A DNA stretch of 61,644 bases, taken from a virus (lineage: Duplodnaviria > Caudoviricetes). Made by a program: the position numbers and the translations under genes. Within the stretch, counting starts at the first letter, position 1. Each line of letters starts with the position of its first letter. Of the stretch, positions 38,104 to 47,538 are shown piece by piece. Location of the stretch: positions 1 to 61,644 of IMG/VR virus record IMGVR_UViG_3300037424_000754. One strand, given 5' to 3'. The notes under the pieces are model-generated. The model was not told the origin of the DNA. It saw only the letters and a list, made by a program, of their open reading frames with translations, and did no database searches.

Positions 38104-38483
38104 GGCTCATCCCGCCCCACGCTCGGATCCCATGTCTGGGGGCTGTGCTCATGGATGAACACGAGTCGCCCGTGCGCGTAGGCGCGCCAGATCATGTCAG
38201 CGGTCCCGGGGCTCCTCCCGTCCCAGACGGCGATTAGGGCATCAGCATAGCAGGCCATTTCCTCGTTGCGGAGAGGCCCGCCCCTCCGCCCCAGGCGGCT
38301 CCAGTCGGCGGGGAATCGCTTGACCGGGATGCCGCGTGAAGCGGCCCACCGCTCCCCTAGCCGGTCAACGCCGGGCGCGGTACCGCTCACAAGCTCTCTG
38401 ATCTCAAGGCCCGACCCGATGATGGCGGCATTCACCACGGCTGCCGAGCGGATGCTCCGTGAGCCAGCGACGATGACTTTCAT
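38100..38483 (-). CDS. SLOG-family (YspA/DUF2493-like) protein
   Basis: MKVIVAGSR, GTAPGVD, PADW..G..GG..RN..M, WDG.S.GT. Confidence 0.85.
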   Translation of the reverse strand: MKVIVAGSRSIRSAAVVNAAIIGSGLEIRELVSGTAPGVDRLGERWAASRGIPVKRFPADWSRLGRRGGPLRNEEMACYADALIAVWDGRSPGTADMIWRAYAHGRLVFIHEHSPQTWDPSVGRDEP

Positions 38484-38783
38484 TTTTATAGCCCCTTTCG
38501 TGTCCCCGGACACAGCGAACGGCTCCCCGTTAGGGAGCGTACTGAAGGTCCCTCATACTAAAGAGTGAATTTTACTACCATCGGGTGAACCCTGTCGGCA
38601 TGACCCCTGCGTGACTTTTTTACAGAATTTAGAGTGCCAAGCAATCACGTCAGGAAACCCTTGTGCCCGTAGCTAGTAACACCGACCAAAATCATACTAT
38701 GAGTAGAGTTCGTTTACACCCTCGATTTTTACCACTGCGTAACAGCCTATATTGCTGAGCTAAAATCGTTGGGGGACAACAGA

Positions 38784-38896
38784 GTGCCACAGCGCCGCTG
38801 CGTTACAAGCCCCTCTGGCGCGCAGCCCGAACCGATGGGAGAGGCGGGCACCCGTAGGGTGCCGCCCGATCTCTCCTTAAGGCGGCACTCTGCGGA
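38784..38896 (-). repeat. Dispersed element copy A (inverted relative to 57769..57882)
   Basis: Shared TCCGCAG.GTGCCGCCTTAAGG, GGCGGCAC.CTA.G.GTGCCCGCCT, TGT.ACGC.GCGGCGCT.TGGCAC. Confidence 0.8.
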
Positions 38897-38999
38897 ATGG
38901 GGTTTTTTGGCCAAAAAGTGACACGCACCTACAGTGACGAAATTCCGTAGAGTGCCAAGGCGTCTGGTAAATGCACCCGGAGAGGGCGCATAAAATGAG

Positions 39000-39397
39000 C
39001 TACGGATGGGTGCTTGGCGTCTCTTGGACGCGGAGATCCTCGGGCCACTCGGAGGGCTCAGCACCCTTCCGACCACGAAGCCCCACGGTTCCGCCGGCAG
39101 CGACGGGGCTGGATCCAAGCTGCTTAACAAACACGGGCACGCCCGCTGCGCGACACTGCTGAACGATGGACCTGATCCAGGCGAGGTCGCACGGGCGCGC
39201 CCTGGGGCCGCTCTCGCCGCCCACGATGACCCAGCCTACCCGCGGGTCTGGGCTGTCGAGCACATCCAGCCTTGCGTAGGTGTCGAGCCGCCCCGGGTAA
39301 GGGCCGACCCGCGTCAGATCGAGCGGCCCGATGAGCGGCTCGGCCGAGACGAAGCGGACCACGGCAGGTATCTCCAGGAGCCATGACAGGCGGTAGA
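39000..39397 (-). pseudogene. C-terminal fragment of DUF5131 (gp37/gp68-like) protein
   Basis: LLEIPAVVRFVSAEPL, WVIVGGESGPRARP, GVPVFVKQLG; N-terminal Cys part absent. Confidence 0.75.
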
Positions 39398-39676
39398 GTC
39401 GTTGGGTAATGTCTGCGCAAGCCCGCCCCAGGCCGCCTGGCAGCTACCATTGTCCACGATGAAGGCCAGGGAGAACACCTTGATCCCGGACTGCTGTTGG
39501 ATGGTGAGCAGGGTCTGGCTGTTCGTAAGCCCCATGTCGATATAGGGCGCGAAGGTGTGGCTTACGGTTCCCGTGGCACCCGTACATCTCGCGGCCAGGG
39601 CCCTGCACGCAAAACACAACGCCGCCGCGACGATGAGAAAGTAAGACACCAAGTAAACCTTCATCGTCTTAGTCAT
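39398..39676 (-). pseudogene. Truncated secreted GH18 chitinase-like gene
   Basis: Signal peptide, FAPYIDM, SGIKVFSLAFIV..CQAAWGG; breaks off before any DxDxE motif. Confidence 0.6.
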
Positions 39677-39690
39677 GATCGAGCCCAGCC

Positions 39691-40995
39691 CTATGGACAC
39701 AGCGAGCGAGTATCGACAACATAGCCCTGTATCGGCCCCGCGGAGTCACCCCACTTCGAGCCGAAAAAGACGCGCTTGCCGTCTTGGCTCGGAACAGCGT
39801 GCGGCGACGTACCAAGAGGCATGCGATGGTGGGCTAGCCGGTAATGCCGACCGTTTGTCCCGAACGCAACGATCTCGCCTACGGCGCTCCCTGTCGTGCT
39901 GTAAAGCCCGCCAATAGCCCAGCCAATTACGGCGCCAAGCCGCACGGACCCTGCATGATAAGAGCCTGCTCCAGTATCCCAGATCGCAGACTGACTTCCA
40001 TCTGACAATTTATACCTGACGCCGTTACCCGAGATTGCGTACTCAATGCCATCAGATCCGGTCGTCATGTCGTAGTGCCCCGCAGCGAATTGAGCGCGCC
40101 GCGTCAAATTCACCGCACCAGTAGTCTGGTTCCAGTCGAGAACCGCTGTCTCTGCGGAGCTACGCGATACGATGATGTACGTGCCTAGCGGACTAATGGA
40201 CACCCAGTCAAGCGAAGATATTCCTACGCTCGCGATAGTAATGTCAGCCGTTTTCTTGACGGCGCAACCAGGGGTGAGCGTGGTCATACACGCCGTCATG
40301 TCCACCACAAAGAAATACGGAGGCCCGGATGTGCCCTGCCCTACGCTAACTATGACCCATCTGCCATTCTCCGAGATGTTGCCTTCGGCCGGCCCAAAAC
40401 CAACCTGTACGCTGGACGCCAGACCCCCAGAGTAAACAGTTGTCTTAGCGTTTGTGCGAACATTCCAGAACACGATCGATCCGCTGTCGTCATCAACCTG
40501 TACTGCGGTGTCTGGCAGCTTAGGGTGCCAGCGCCGGTCAAATACGTCAGCCGCGAAACGCCCCTCTCCTATCGAGATAGGCTGGTAAGTGTCGCCATCC
40601 AAAAAGATGGGCGCGGCCCCAGGCTGATTGGTCATATCGATCTGAAGGATCGATCTACCCTGTGAGTCTGGCGTACTCCAGGCTGGAGCTTTTGGATAAA
40701 TGCTGTACGCCTCATCGCTCCATGTCTGGCCCGTGGATCCTATGGCGCTTCCAACGTCTCCGGTAACACGGATGATCTGTGTGCCAAAGGCCGGATCCGT
40801 TATGCTTTGCAAATATGCCGGCTTCGTGAGCGCTCCCTGCGCGTGCGTACCCGTGTCCGTAACCAAAGCATCGCAGTATGGCGTGACGGCCGGGGCCGAC
40901 GAAATGGGCGTGCATCTCGCGGCCAGGGCTCTAGATGCCAGGCCCAAGGCAATCACTGCGCTTACGGCAAGGGCAACCTTCATGATTCTGGTCAT
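39691..40995 (-). CDS. Secreted beta-propeller protein
   Basis: Signal peptide, DPAFGT.I.RVT, RLAHH, PHAVPSQDGKRVFFGS.W. Confidence 0.7.
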   Translation of the reverse strand: MTRIMKVALAVSAVIALGLASRALAARCTPISSAPAVTPYCDALVTDTGTHAQGALTKPAYLQSITDPAFGTQIIRVTGDVGSAIGSTGQTWSDEAYSIYPKAPAWSTPDSQGRSILQIDMTNQPGAAPIFLDGDTYQPISIGEGRFAADVFDRRWHPKLPDTAVQVDDDSGSIVFWNVRTNAKTTVYSGGLASSVQVGFGPAEGNISENGRWVIVSVGQGTSGPPYFFVVDMTACMTTLTPGCAVKKTADITIASVGISSLDWVSISPLGTYIIVSRSSAETAVLDWNQTTGAVNLTRRAQFAAGHYDMTTGSDGIEYAISGNGVRYKLSDGSQSAIWDTGAGSYHAGSVRLGAVIGWAIGGLYSTTGSAVGEIVAFGTNGRHYRLAHHRMPLGTSPHAVPSQDGKRVFFGSKWGDSAGPIQGYVVDTRSLCP

Positions 40996-41152
40996 GTCAT
41001 GCTCTCCTGTTGGCCGTGCAGGATGGTGCTTGCTCTAATGATGTAGTCCTGGGCATCGTTAAGCGTGACAACATACCCGGGGCCGCTGCATAGGGCATGC
41101 GAGAGGGTTGTCGCATAATTGGTCCCATTCAGGGTGATGACTGTTGGGCTTG

Positions 41153-41356
41153 TCAACGTAGGGGGCGCCGTGGTCGTCCCTGGTCGCGCCCGGAGAGGGC
41201 GGCCCTATCTCTCCGCCCCTGCTCCCGAACCGCCTCGCGGTAGGTGCGCCCCGTGCCGCACTCTGTCGCGGGCATCCACCACCCCTCGTCGTCCACGCTC
41301 CACCCCTGCGCCTCCAGGGCGGCCCTCTCCTCGGGGGTCGGGAGGTAGCGGCTCAT
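41153..41356 (-). CDS. Hypothetical protein
   Basis: ATGA coupling. Confidence 0.5.
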   Translation of the reverse strand: MSRYLPTPEERAALEAQGWSVDDEGWWMPATECGTGRTYREAVREQGRRDRAALSGRDQGRPRRPLR

Positions 41357-41562
41357 GCCGTGTACCCCCGCAGCGATCTCAGGGCAGCCATCATCGCGAT
41401 CACGTCACCCTCGGCCATCGCCCTCGCCGCCGCGTCCAGATCGGCGCGCATCATCGCCAGCGCGATGTCGCCAGTTCCGCCGGACAGTTCCATGTACACT
41501 GGCATTACCTCGTCCCGCACGCGGGTTATCTCGCGGGGTAGTTCTTCGCCAAGCGTTCTCAT
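41353..41562 (-). CDS. Small hypothetical protein (MRTLGEELPRE...)
   Basis: ATGA coupling, AGGAG RBS. Confidence 0.6.
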   Translation of the reverse strand: MRTLGEELPREITRVRDEVMPVYMELSGGTGDIALAMMRADLDAAARAMAEGDVIAMMAALRSLRGYTA

Positions 41563-41870
41563 CGCTTCTCCTTTTCCTCTAGGCCGAGGCGGGCCAGGGC
41601 GCGGCACACCGGGCACCAGGCGTGCTCAGGCAGGTACTCGGTTAGCACATCGGGGCAGGCAGGAACGATCTTCCCCTCTCGGTGGGCCCGCCAAACGAAC
41701 ATACACGGCAGGCGGTACCGCATCAGTCGTGCCTCCTTCTCCACCGCAAGCAGCGCGCGTAACTCCGCCGCCAGCGCCCTGTTCGTCTCCGGGTCTCGCT
41801 CCAGGAGCCCCGGCGCACCCGGGCGGAGCAGGTAGTCGGACAGCATCGGAGCGATTCTGGTCTTACCCAC
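41559..41870 (-). CDS. Cys-containing hypothetical protein
   Basis: Operon packing; CPVC. Confidence 0.5.
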   Translation of the reverse strand: MGKTRIAPMLSDYLLRPGAPGLLERDPETNRALAAELRALLAVEKEARLMRYRLPCMFVWRAHREGKIVPACPDVLTEYLPEHAWCPVCRALARLGLEEKEKR

Positions 41871-42477
41871 GGTCAACCTCCTCGTCCTGGGCGGCGCGGG
41901 CGCGGATCTGAGTGAGCATATCGATCGCCTCCTCATTGCCCATCGCCGTGAGCGTCACCAGACAGCGCGCCGTCTCCTTTAGCCTCGCCTCAGCCCCCCT
42001 CGCCCTCTCCTCGGCCGCCTCGGCGCGGCGCTCGGATACGCTGGTCCGTTCCAGCAGGGTCCCTAGGCGCTCTCGTGCAGCGGGGTACGGCTCGCCCTTT
42101 AGCCCGGCCGCATCCAGCGCCGCGACGAGGGGGTAAACGTGCTCGCTCCAATTCACGGTCTGGCACCCGATGATGCTGTTGCGTATTTCACTGATCTTCG
42201 CGAGTGCAGTCGCCAGCCGGTCGCGCTCGAAGCGGAGAGCGGAGACCTGATCCATGAGGCAGCGGCGACACGTGCAGGCGTCGGGGCCGATGGTGTCCGC
42301 GTCGCAGTTCCAGTCGGTCGCCTCGGGCTGCTCTCCGGCCGGCGCCGCCGGAGCCTTCGCGGCGCCCGGAGCGCAGTCCTCGCAGCACGGCGGGTGCATC
42401 CGACCATCAGGCCCCGCATGGCAGTGACAGCGACCCCCGCACCTCGTCGTGGCCGCCGGCGCCGCCGCGCTACCCAT
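41863..42477 (-). CDS. Cys-rich coiled-coil hypothetical protein
   Basis: CHCH..CCEDC, CTCRRC, NWSEHVYPLVAAL. Confidence 0.55.
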   Translation of the reverse strand: MGSAAAPAATTRCGGRCHCHAGPDGRMHPPCCEDCAPGAAKAPAAPAGEQPEATDWNCDADTIGPDACTCRRCLMDQVSALRFERDRLATALAKISEIRNSIIGCQTVNWSEHVYPLVAALDAAGLKGEPYPAARERLGTLLERTSVSERRAEAAEERARGAEARLKETARCLVTLTAMGNEEAIDMLTQIRARAAQDEEVDRG

Positions 42478-42703
42478 TGCCCACCACCGCGAACTCCTCG
42501 TAGGCGGCGAGCGCAGCGTATGCGGCCTTGCACCACGGATGCGGATCGCCACGCTTTACGCCGTCCGGATAGCCGGCGTCCGGATCGGTCTCGAACCACT
42601 GGTGATCCAGCATTTTGCACATATCCCTGAGTGCCTTAGCGAGGGAGGCACACTGTGTTTCGCTAGCCGTCAGTCGATCAGTCACGCTACCTTCGCTAGG
42701 CAT
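42470..42703 (-). CDS. Hypothetical protein
   Basis: GGAGG RBS before ATG 42703. Confidence 0.5.
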   Translation of the reverse strand: MPSEGSVTDRLTASETQCASLAKALRDMCKMLDHQWFETDPDAGYPDGVKRGDPHPWCKAAYAALAAYEEFAVVGNG

Positions 42704-42956
42704 TGGTCTTGCCTCCTCTCGCAATGTCTGGTAGCTCCGTCGGCATAGGGAAACCGTCACACCTACCGTCCGCCGGCCACAGCACGAGTGCCGTCCCAGC
42801 CATGCAACAGCCGGAGCGTGGAGCGCCCACCGTGCGCATCGCCCACTGCACGTCGAGTGCATAGCACGCCGACAGCGCCAGCCTCCCGCACCGGAGGCAG
42901 TAGCGGCCAGCGACGACGACGGGCTGCGGGGGCGGCTTACGTTCACGTCTGGTCAC
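42696..42956 (-). CDS. Cys-rich hypothetical protein
   Basis: AGGAG RBS, GTGA overlap. Confidence 0.45.
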   Translation of the reverse strand: MTRRERKPPPQPVVVAGRYCLRCGRLALSACYALDVQWAMRTVGAPRSGCCMAGTALVLWPADGRCDGFPMPTELPDIARGGKTNA

Positions 42957-43636
42957 GGCTTGGTCTCCTTTGTCTCTGGCTCCCCATCCCACCAGCAATT
43001 GCAGTGCGTCCCGTCCTCTCTCTTGGGGCAGGGCGACTCGTCCTCACCAGAGTAACCACACGAGCAGCACACGCCACTGCTTACCTGTTTCGCCTGGCAC
43101 TCGTACGGTTGGCGCACTCCCGGCGCAGGAAAGGTTTTGCTGCAAGTCGCCATGCGGCAGGTGGCGTACCCGGTGACGACATTGGCGTCGGCGGCACTTC
43201 CGCAGTCCGGGCACTTGGCGAGAAGAACGCGAAGACGGCGAACCTCAATCACCAGGGCGGGCACGGATTCAGCCATCCGATCGAGAGACGCGAACGGATC
43301 ATTAGCCCCCGAGATCCACTCGATGGCCCGGTGCTCTACCTCATTCAGCGATTCCTCGTTCAACGTCTCCACTGACACCTTCATCACACGCAGCCTCTCC
43401 GCGGTGCTCTTCGTGCTAGCCTCGGCGGCCGCCGCTCTCATCTGCTCCGCCTCGACCGTCCCACACCCAGCCAGTTTCGCTGGCCCTCCGCACTCGGGGC
43501 ACCGCAGAGGCCCCACCGCCGGGACCTCCGCGTCGAGGATGGCGCGGAAGCGCATGGCGTACGAGCGCACAGCAAAATCGCCATACCTTTCCATTTCCTC
43601 TGCCAGCTTCCTGATCTTCTCGATCGCGTCGTTCAT
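42953..43636 (-). CDS. Multi-zinc-finger hypothetical protein
   Basis: CPECGG, CPDCG, CCSCG. Confidence 0.55.
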   Translation of the reverse strand: MNDAIEKIRKLAEEMERYGDFAVRSYAMRFRAILDAEVPAVGPLRCPECGGPAKLAGCGTVEAEQMRAAAAEASTKSTAERLRVMKVSVETLNEESLNEVEHRAIEWISGANDPFASLDRMAESVPALVIEVRRLRVLLAKCPDCGSAADANVVTGYATCRMATCSKTFPAPGVRQPYECQAKQVSSGVCCSCGYSGEDESPCPKREDGTHCNCWWDGEPETKETKP

Positions 43637-43857
43637 GGCGGTCCTTTCCATACTGGGAGGGGGTGGTCCTTCTTGGCCCTCCTGAGCGCCTCCACTGCCT
43701 GTTCGCCGGCCTCGATAGCCTCCTTTATATTGGAGTCAGGGACCCATGGGCGATCGTGAACCCTGAATGCCAAGACAGACGTAACGGCGGCAGACCACAG
43801 ATCGCTTTCCTTTATAAGCCACAAATACACAAACCGGCTCTCCGTCTCCCTTTCCAC
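43633..43857 (-). CDS. Hypothetical protein
   Basis: Operon packing. Confidence 0.45.
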   Translation of the reverse strand: MERETESRFVYLWLIKESDLWSAAVTSVLAFRVHDRPWVPDSNIKEAIEAGEQAVEALRRAKKDHPLPVWKGPP

Positions 43858-43869
43858 GCTAACGCCTTT

Positions 43870-44079
43870 CTAGACCAAGCCCATCTTCCTGGCCCACCAG
43901 CCCTTAACCATGAGCCTGCCCGTGTTCGCCTTCATCGAGTAAACCTCAGAGTCATCATGGATCACAGACTTCGGGACCCAGACTTCCTCCTCGCCCTCTA
44001 GCATACAAAGCAGAGCCTTGTCTGTTTCCTTGACCGCCTCGGCGTCGGCGTTCCACGTATCGTCCCAGGCGTCGTTCAT
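43870..44079 (-). CDS. Small phage protein (ETDKALL..EEVWVPKSVI)
   Basis: Motif style common in phage hypothetical proteins; ATGA coupling. Confidence 0.6.
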   Translation of the reverse strand: MNDAWDDTWNADAEAVKETDKALLCMLEGEEEVWVPKSVIHDDSEVYSMKANTGRLMVKGWWARKMGLV

Positions 44080-44411
44080 CCCTTGGTCTCCTTCCCCTTG
44101 GGGTTGTACCGTCTGAACGCCTCGTCCTTTGCTTTTGCCTCCTCGTATTTCTGCAACAGGAACTCCCTGGTTTGAACAGCCTTCATGTAAAGCTCCGTCG
44201 GCTGCGGGCGCACCGGCCTAAGGTCGTCGCTCCATTGATGATGCGCGCAAGTGCGCCTGTCACTACACGCACAGCCGCCCCAATGCTCGCCTTCAACGTC
44301 AAGCCTCGGCATGGAATGGACGGAGCCGCAGAGCGCACACAGGAACCGCGAGCAGCCATCCGACTCTAGATGGTGCGCCTCGCACTTGGAGCACTTCGGC
44401 AGCCTTTCCAT
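44076..44411 (-). CDS. Cys/His-rich hypothetical protein
   Basis: CSKC..HH, CALC. Confidence 0.5.
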   Translation of the reverse strand: MERLPKCSKCEAHHLESDGCSRFLCALCGSVHSMPRLDVEGEHWGGCACSDRRTCAHHQWSDDLRPVRPQPTELYMKAVQTREFLLQKYEEAKAKDEAFRRYNPKGKETKG

Positions 44412-44427
44412 TATCGGTTACGCCTTT

Positions 44428-44634
44428 CTAAGTGGCGAATCTGACCGCGTCTCCGTACGATTCGTGCCAGTGCTGCGGCGCCTTGACATAGGTTATGCTC
44501 CACGCACCACACTTAGAGCACTTCCAGCGAAGCGCATGATCTTCGCCCCTAAGCCACAATGTCGAGCTAAAGACGCCTGGTTGAGTCGGCAGGTAAAACA
44601 TCGGCTCGTGCTTGCACTCGGGCATAGCTGTCAC
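44428..44634 (-). CDS. Zinc-ribbon mini-protein
   Basis: CKH...CSKCG. Confidence 0.5.
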   Translation of the reverse strand: MTAMPECKHEPMFYLPTQPGVFSSTLWLRGEDHALRWKCSKCGAWSITYVKAPQHWHESYGDAVRFAT

Positions 44635-44637
44635 CCC

Positions 44638-45057
44638 CTAGAATGGAATGTCATCCGGCGCGGGAGCCGCGGGAGCCGCGCTCCCTGTCTCCGGTTCCTT
44701 CTCGTCTGCGGCGGCAGGCACTCGATCGCTCTTACCGCCCAGGAACTTCACCTGCTCTGCGACCACCTTGGTCCTGTATTTCTCCTGACCGGATTGCTTG
44801 TCCGTCCACTTGTCGGTCTTAAGGCGCCCCTCAACATAGGCTTGCCGGCCCTTGGCTAGGTACTCGCCGCAAAGCTCAGCCAGTTTGGACCACGCCTCGA
44901 TGTAAACCCATTCCGTTTCCTCCTTCTTCTCGCCGTCCTTGGTCTGCCATCGTCGCGTGGTGGCGAGAGAGAAGGAACAGATGGCGGTTCCCGTTTGCGT
45001 GTACTTGACTTCCGGATCTTTGCCTAGGTTACCAATTAGAATCACCTTGTTAATCAT
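44638..45057 (-). CDS. ssb: Single-stranded DNA-binding protein
   Basis: NKVILIGNLGKDPE, YVEGRL, C-terminal DDIPF. Confidence 0.97.
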   Translation of the reverse strand: MINKVILIGNLGKDPEVKYTQTGTAICSFSLATTRRWQTKDGEKKEETEWVYIEAWSKLAELCGEYLAKGRQAYVEGRLKTDKWTDKQSGQEKYRTKVVAEQVKFLGGKSDRVPAAADEKEPETGSAAPAAPAPDDIPF

Positions 45058-45391
45058 CGTCCCTGCGCTCCGTCATGGGCACATGGCCCACGCACCACCA
45101 TGCTCCGTAGATTCGGAAGTGAGGCCCGTACGTACAATACGGTACGGTACACTTCCTGGGCTTCCTCTGCCTGCCTAAACCCGCCCTGCCAAGCGACGTC
45201 AATATGGACATGGCGGCCGAGTCCGGCATGAGGCGCCTGCCTGCCTCTATCTCCTCTATGTCATCCTCCTTCAAACCCGCGAAGTATGCCATACCGGACA
45301 GGGAATGTCCCAGGCTTTCGCGGATCATTCTCCAGACCTCGCCGTCTCTCTCGTACGGAGGCTTACTCTTCAGCGTCGATATCCTTGTCAT
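45050..45391 (-). CDS. XRE-like HTH protein with C-terminal Cys/His motif
   Basis: IRESLGHSLSGMA..AGL...IEEIEAGR. Confidence 0.5.
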   Translation of the reverse strand: MTRISTLKSKPPYERDGEVWRMIRESLGHSLSGMAYFAGLKEDDIEEIEAGRRLMPDSAAMSILTSLGRAGLGRQRKPRKCTVPYCTYGPHFRIYGAWWCVGHVPMTERRDDD

Positions 45392-45728
45392 GGAACAGGT
45401 CGGCCTCCTCAAGCTCTGAAGCGATATCTTCAAACGGCAACCCGTCGTCATTCCAGCTAGCGATTGAAAACTCGTTGGAAGCTGAAGCAATGCCAACCCA
45501 TTTCCTCACCCCATCTGGCATCTCAATGCGACTGCTGTCCGGCCCTAGACTGAAAGTATACACATCCCCTTGGCTAGGCCACCAAGAGCCTTTGCCCGTC
45601 TCCCTGCGGTACACTTCACACGCCACACCCAGGCAGCAATAGGTGTCCTGAGTCTTGAGCGCATACCGCCCCTGCTTGAATTCACCGCTCCTTAATGCCT
45701 TGATCCACTTCCTGGCGTTCTCGTTCAT
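45363..45728 (-). CDS. Phage hypothetical protein
   Basis: KWIKALRSGEFKQG..CCLGVACE..ND...F.DIA motif. Confidence 0.65.
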   Translation of the reverse strand: MNENARKWIKALRSGEFKQGRYALKTQDTYCCLGVACEVYRRETGKGSWWPSQGDVYTFSLGPDSSRIEMPDGVRKWVGIASASNEFSIASWNDDGLPFEDIASELEEADLFHDKDIDAEE

Positions 45729-46017
45729 GGCCTTATCTATCCTCGTCTTGTTAATAGCCTTTCTCTGGCCTCCAAACGAAACATCTGGCGAATCGTATAG
45801 ACTTCCCAACCAATCATCGACAACGGAGCGCAGTTGCTCACCGTGATCAGTCGATCCCTCCTTTCCCTGTATGGAATAATTAGCGCCGATGGCTTCGCGA
45901 GATCCCATTCAGCCAAGGCACGCCTGAAATTCATGATGAAGCAGTCGGCATCGTGTCGTATGCCTAAGCAAATGTCGTGGGCCTCACGCGATATGCCGTT
46001 CGAGAGTCGCCTGTAAG

Positions 46018-46254
46018 CTACCTTCCGCCGAATGGGCATGGTCCACCGTGTGCGTATCGCCCGCAGATAGGGCAATGAATCGGTTTTTCTTGTGCTGGGG
46101 CTGGCTCAAACCCAGGACACCCGCAGCCCGGCGCATTACAGCCTGAGCTTGGTCTGAGCAAATACGGAGCAGTAGGCTTAAATCCGTGGAGACGGTAGGG
46201 GTGTGAACACCTACCACAATCTGCAACATCGCTTATGGTGGACTGCGCAGCCAT
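46018..46254 (-). CDS. Cys/His-rich mini-protein
   Basis: CGRCSH..H, CGC, CPICG; start uncertain. Confidence 0.45.
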   Translation of the reverse strand: MAAQSTISDVADCGRCSHPYRLHGFKPTAPYLLRPSSGCNAPGCGCPGFEPAPAQEKPIHCPICGRYAHGGPCPFGGR

Positions 46255-46318
46255 AGGGTCGCCAGATCGGGGCCATTTTACGCTGACCCCACCCACATTT
46301 AACCAATGCAACTGTTAA

Positions 46319-46450
46319 CTATTTGTGAACAGAAGGCTCCCCTAACTTTTTGGTTAGCCAACCGAATCCCAACACAACCGCTGCGATTACTCCGACCCAC
46401 GCGAAAACCAGCATGAGCATGACGAACAGCATCGCGAAATAGTCTGCCAT
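46319..46450 (-). CDS. Single-TM 43-aa protein (not in ORF track)
   Basis: MADYFAMLFVMLMLVFAWVGVIAAVVLGFGW, directly after a promoter. Confidence 0.5.
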   Translation of the reverse strand: MADYFAMLFVMLMLVFAWVGVIAAVVLGFGWLTKKLGEPSVHK

Positions 46451-46475
46451 GGCCTTTGCCCGCCCTTCTGCGCGC

Positions 46476-46505
46476 AGTATAGGGCAGGCTATACGCAAGA
46501 GTCAA
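46476..46505 (-). promoter_or_regulatory. Sigma70-like promoter
   Basis: TTGACT-18-TATACT. Confidence 0.55.
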
Positions 46506-46572
46506 GTCCGGTGCGGCTGCCCACGGACCAGCAGGCTCACCGCTCCTCGGGGACCGGGGCTCCCGTTGAACC

Positions 46573-46833
46573 CTAGGTCTTGCCGATGAGGCGCGCGCGG
46601 CATGCCGGGCAGGTGATCCATCCGCTCACGGGCTCGTGTACGCTATAGTAATCCTGAGACCGTCCAAGGTGCGCGTAGACCGTATCCGTGAACATCTTGC
46701 CCTGGTCTGCCTTGAACACGTCCTTACACCGGCAGCACGCCACGATACTCGGCTCCTTTCGACGGAGCATCACACTCCTGAAGGTCAACAGTTCACTGTC
46801 CTGAAGATGCTTGATCTTGGTAGCCACGGCCAT
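46573..46833 (-). CDS. Zinc-finger hypothetical protein
   Basis: CCRC...CPAC, GGAGG RBS. Confidence 0.55.
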   Translation of the reverse strand: MAVATKIKHLQDSELLTFRSVMLRRKEPSIVACCRCKDVFKADQGKMFTDTVYAHLGRSQDYYSVHEPVSGWITCPACRARLIGKT

Positions 46834-46848
46834 CCCCTCCCCAGGGGC

Positions 46849-47538
46849 CTAGACCCACCCCTTGTTCTGGTTGATCGCCTTTTTCAGATACGGGTCCACG
46901 TCAGGCTGGCGCAAGAGCCATCTTAGGTAGTCTGCCGGGACATCTCGGATCGGCACTCCCTTGTGCTTCCCGTTGGGCATCTTGGATGGTAGCCGGGCCT
47001 TTTCCGAAACGACCCAGAGATCATGCCAAACCACAACGGCGGTCAATTTGGCAAGCACCCGCTCCAGCAGGATCAGTGTATTGCGGACATCACACACAGC
47101 GTCATGCGCTCCATGCAGGCGCCATTTAGCGTGTTCACGGTCCAGATGGTACATCATGGCCCCTAGGCCATGGGAATCGGCCTCGGGCCACAGCATCCTG
47201 GAGAGGGCGAGCGTGCAGATACGCCTGACCCTTGGCTCACCTAGCACCCTCCAGTCAAAGTCAATGTTATGCCCTATGATGTAATCAGTGCCCGGCGCTT
47301 CGTTGAGAATACGAAAGCCTGCGCTCGGAGGGCGCCCCTCTAGCTCCTCGTCGAGGATGTGGTGTGTCGCAAGAGCACCAAGCTCGATCGGCTTGCTCGG
47401 TTTCAAGAGGGTCACCTTGTAGTCGCCATCCCAGCCTGAAGTCACGTCACCCGGAGCCTCAAACACCCGCCAGGCAACCTGTATCGGCTCGGGGCTCTTG
47501 ACCCCGGTCGTTTCCGTGTCAATCACAATGGCACTCAT
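46849..47538 (-). CDS. DEDDh 3'-5' exonuclease (ExoX-like) with C-terminal DUF3820-like domain
   Basis: IDTETTG, GHNIDFD, AHDA..DV, MPNGKHKG..I.DVP.DYL.W. Confidence 0.88.
   Translation of the reverse strand: MSAIVIDTETTGVKSPEPIQVAWRVFEAPGDVTSGWDGDYKVTLLKPSKPIELGALATHHILDEELEGRPPSAGFRILNEAPGTDYIIGHNIDFDWRVLGEPRVRRICTLALSRMLWPEADSHGLGAMMYHLDREHAKWRLHGAHDAVCDVRNTLILLERVLAKLTAVVVWHDLWVVSEKARLPSKMPNGKHKGVPIRDVPADYLRWLLRQPDVDPYLKKAINQNKGWV

Noticed and set aside
36434-38958. CIRCE elements (TTAGCACTC at 36434; GAGTGCCAA at 38632 and 38950)
   Set aside because: Only half-sites, with no partner arm 9 bp away
38747-39130. Protein paralogs 38747..39130 and 57700..57918 (shared CRLK.R.GGTLRVPA)
   Set aside because: The similarity is explained by the palindromic DNA element; no RBS, and the frames diverge outside the core
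41119-41156. Promoter for the secreted-protein cassette (TTGACA on - strand at 41156-41151)
   Set aside because: No acceptable -10 hexamer at 16-18 bp spacing
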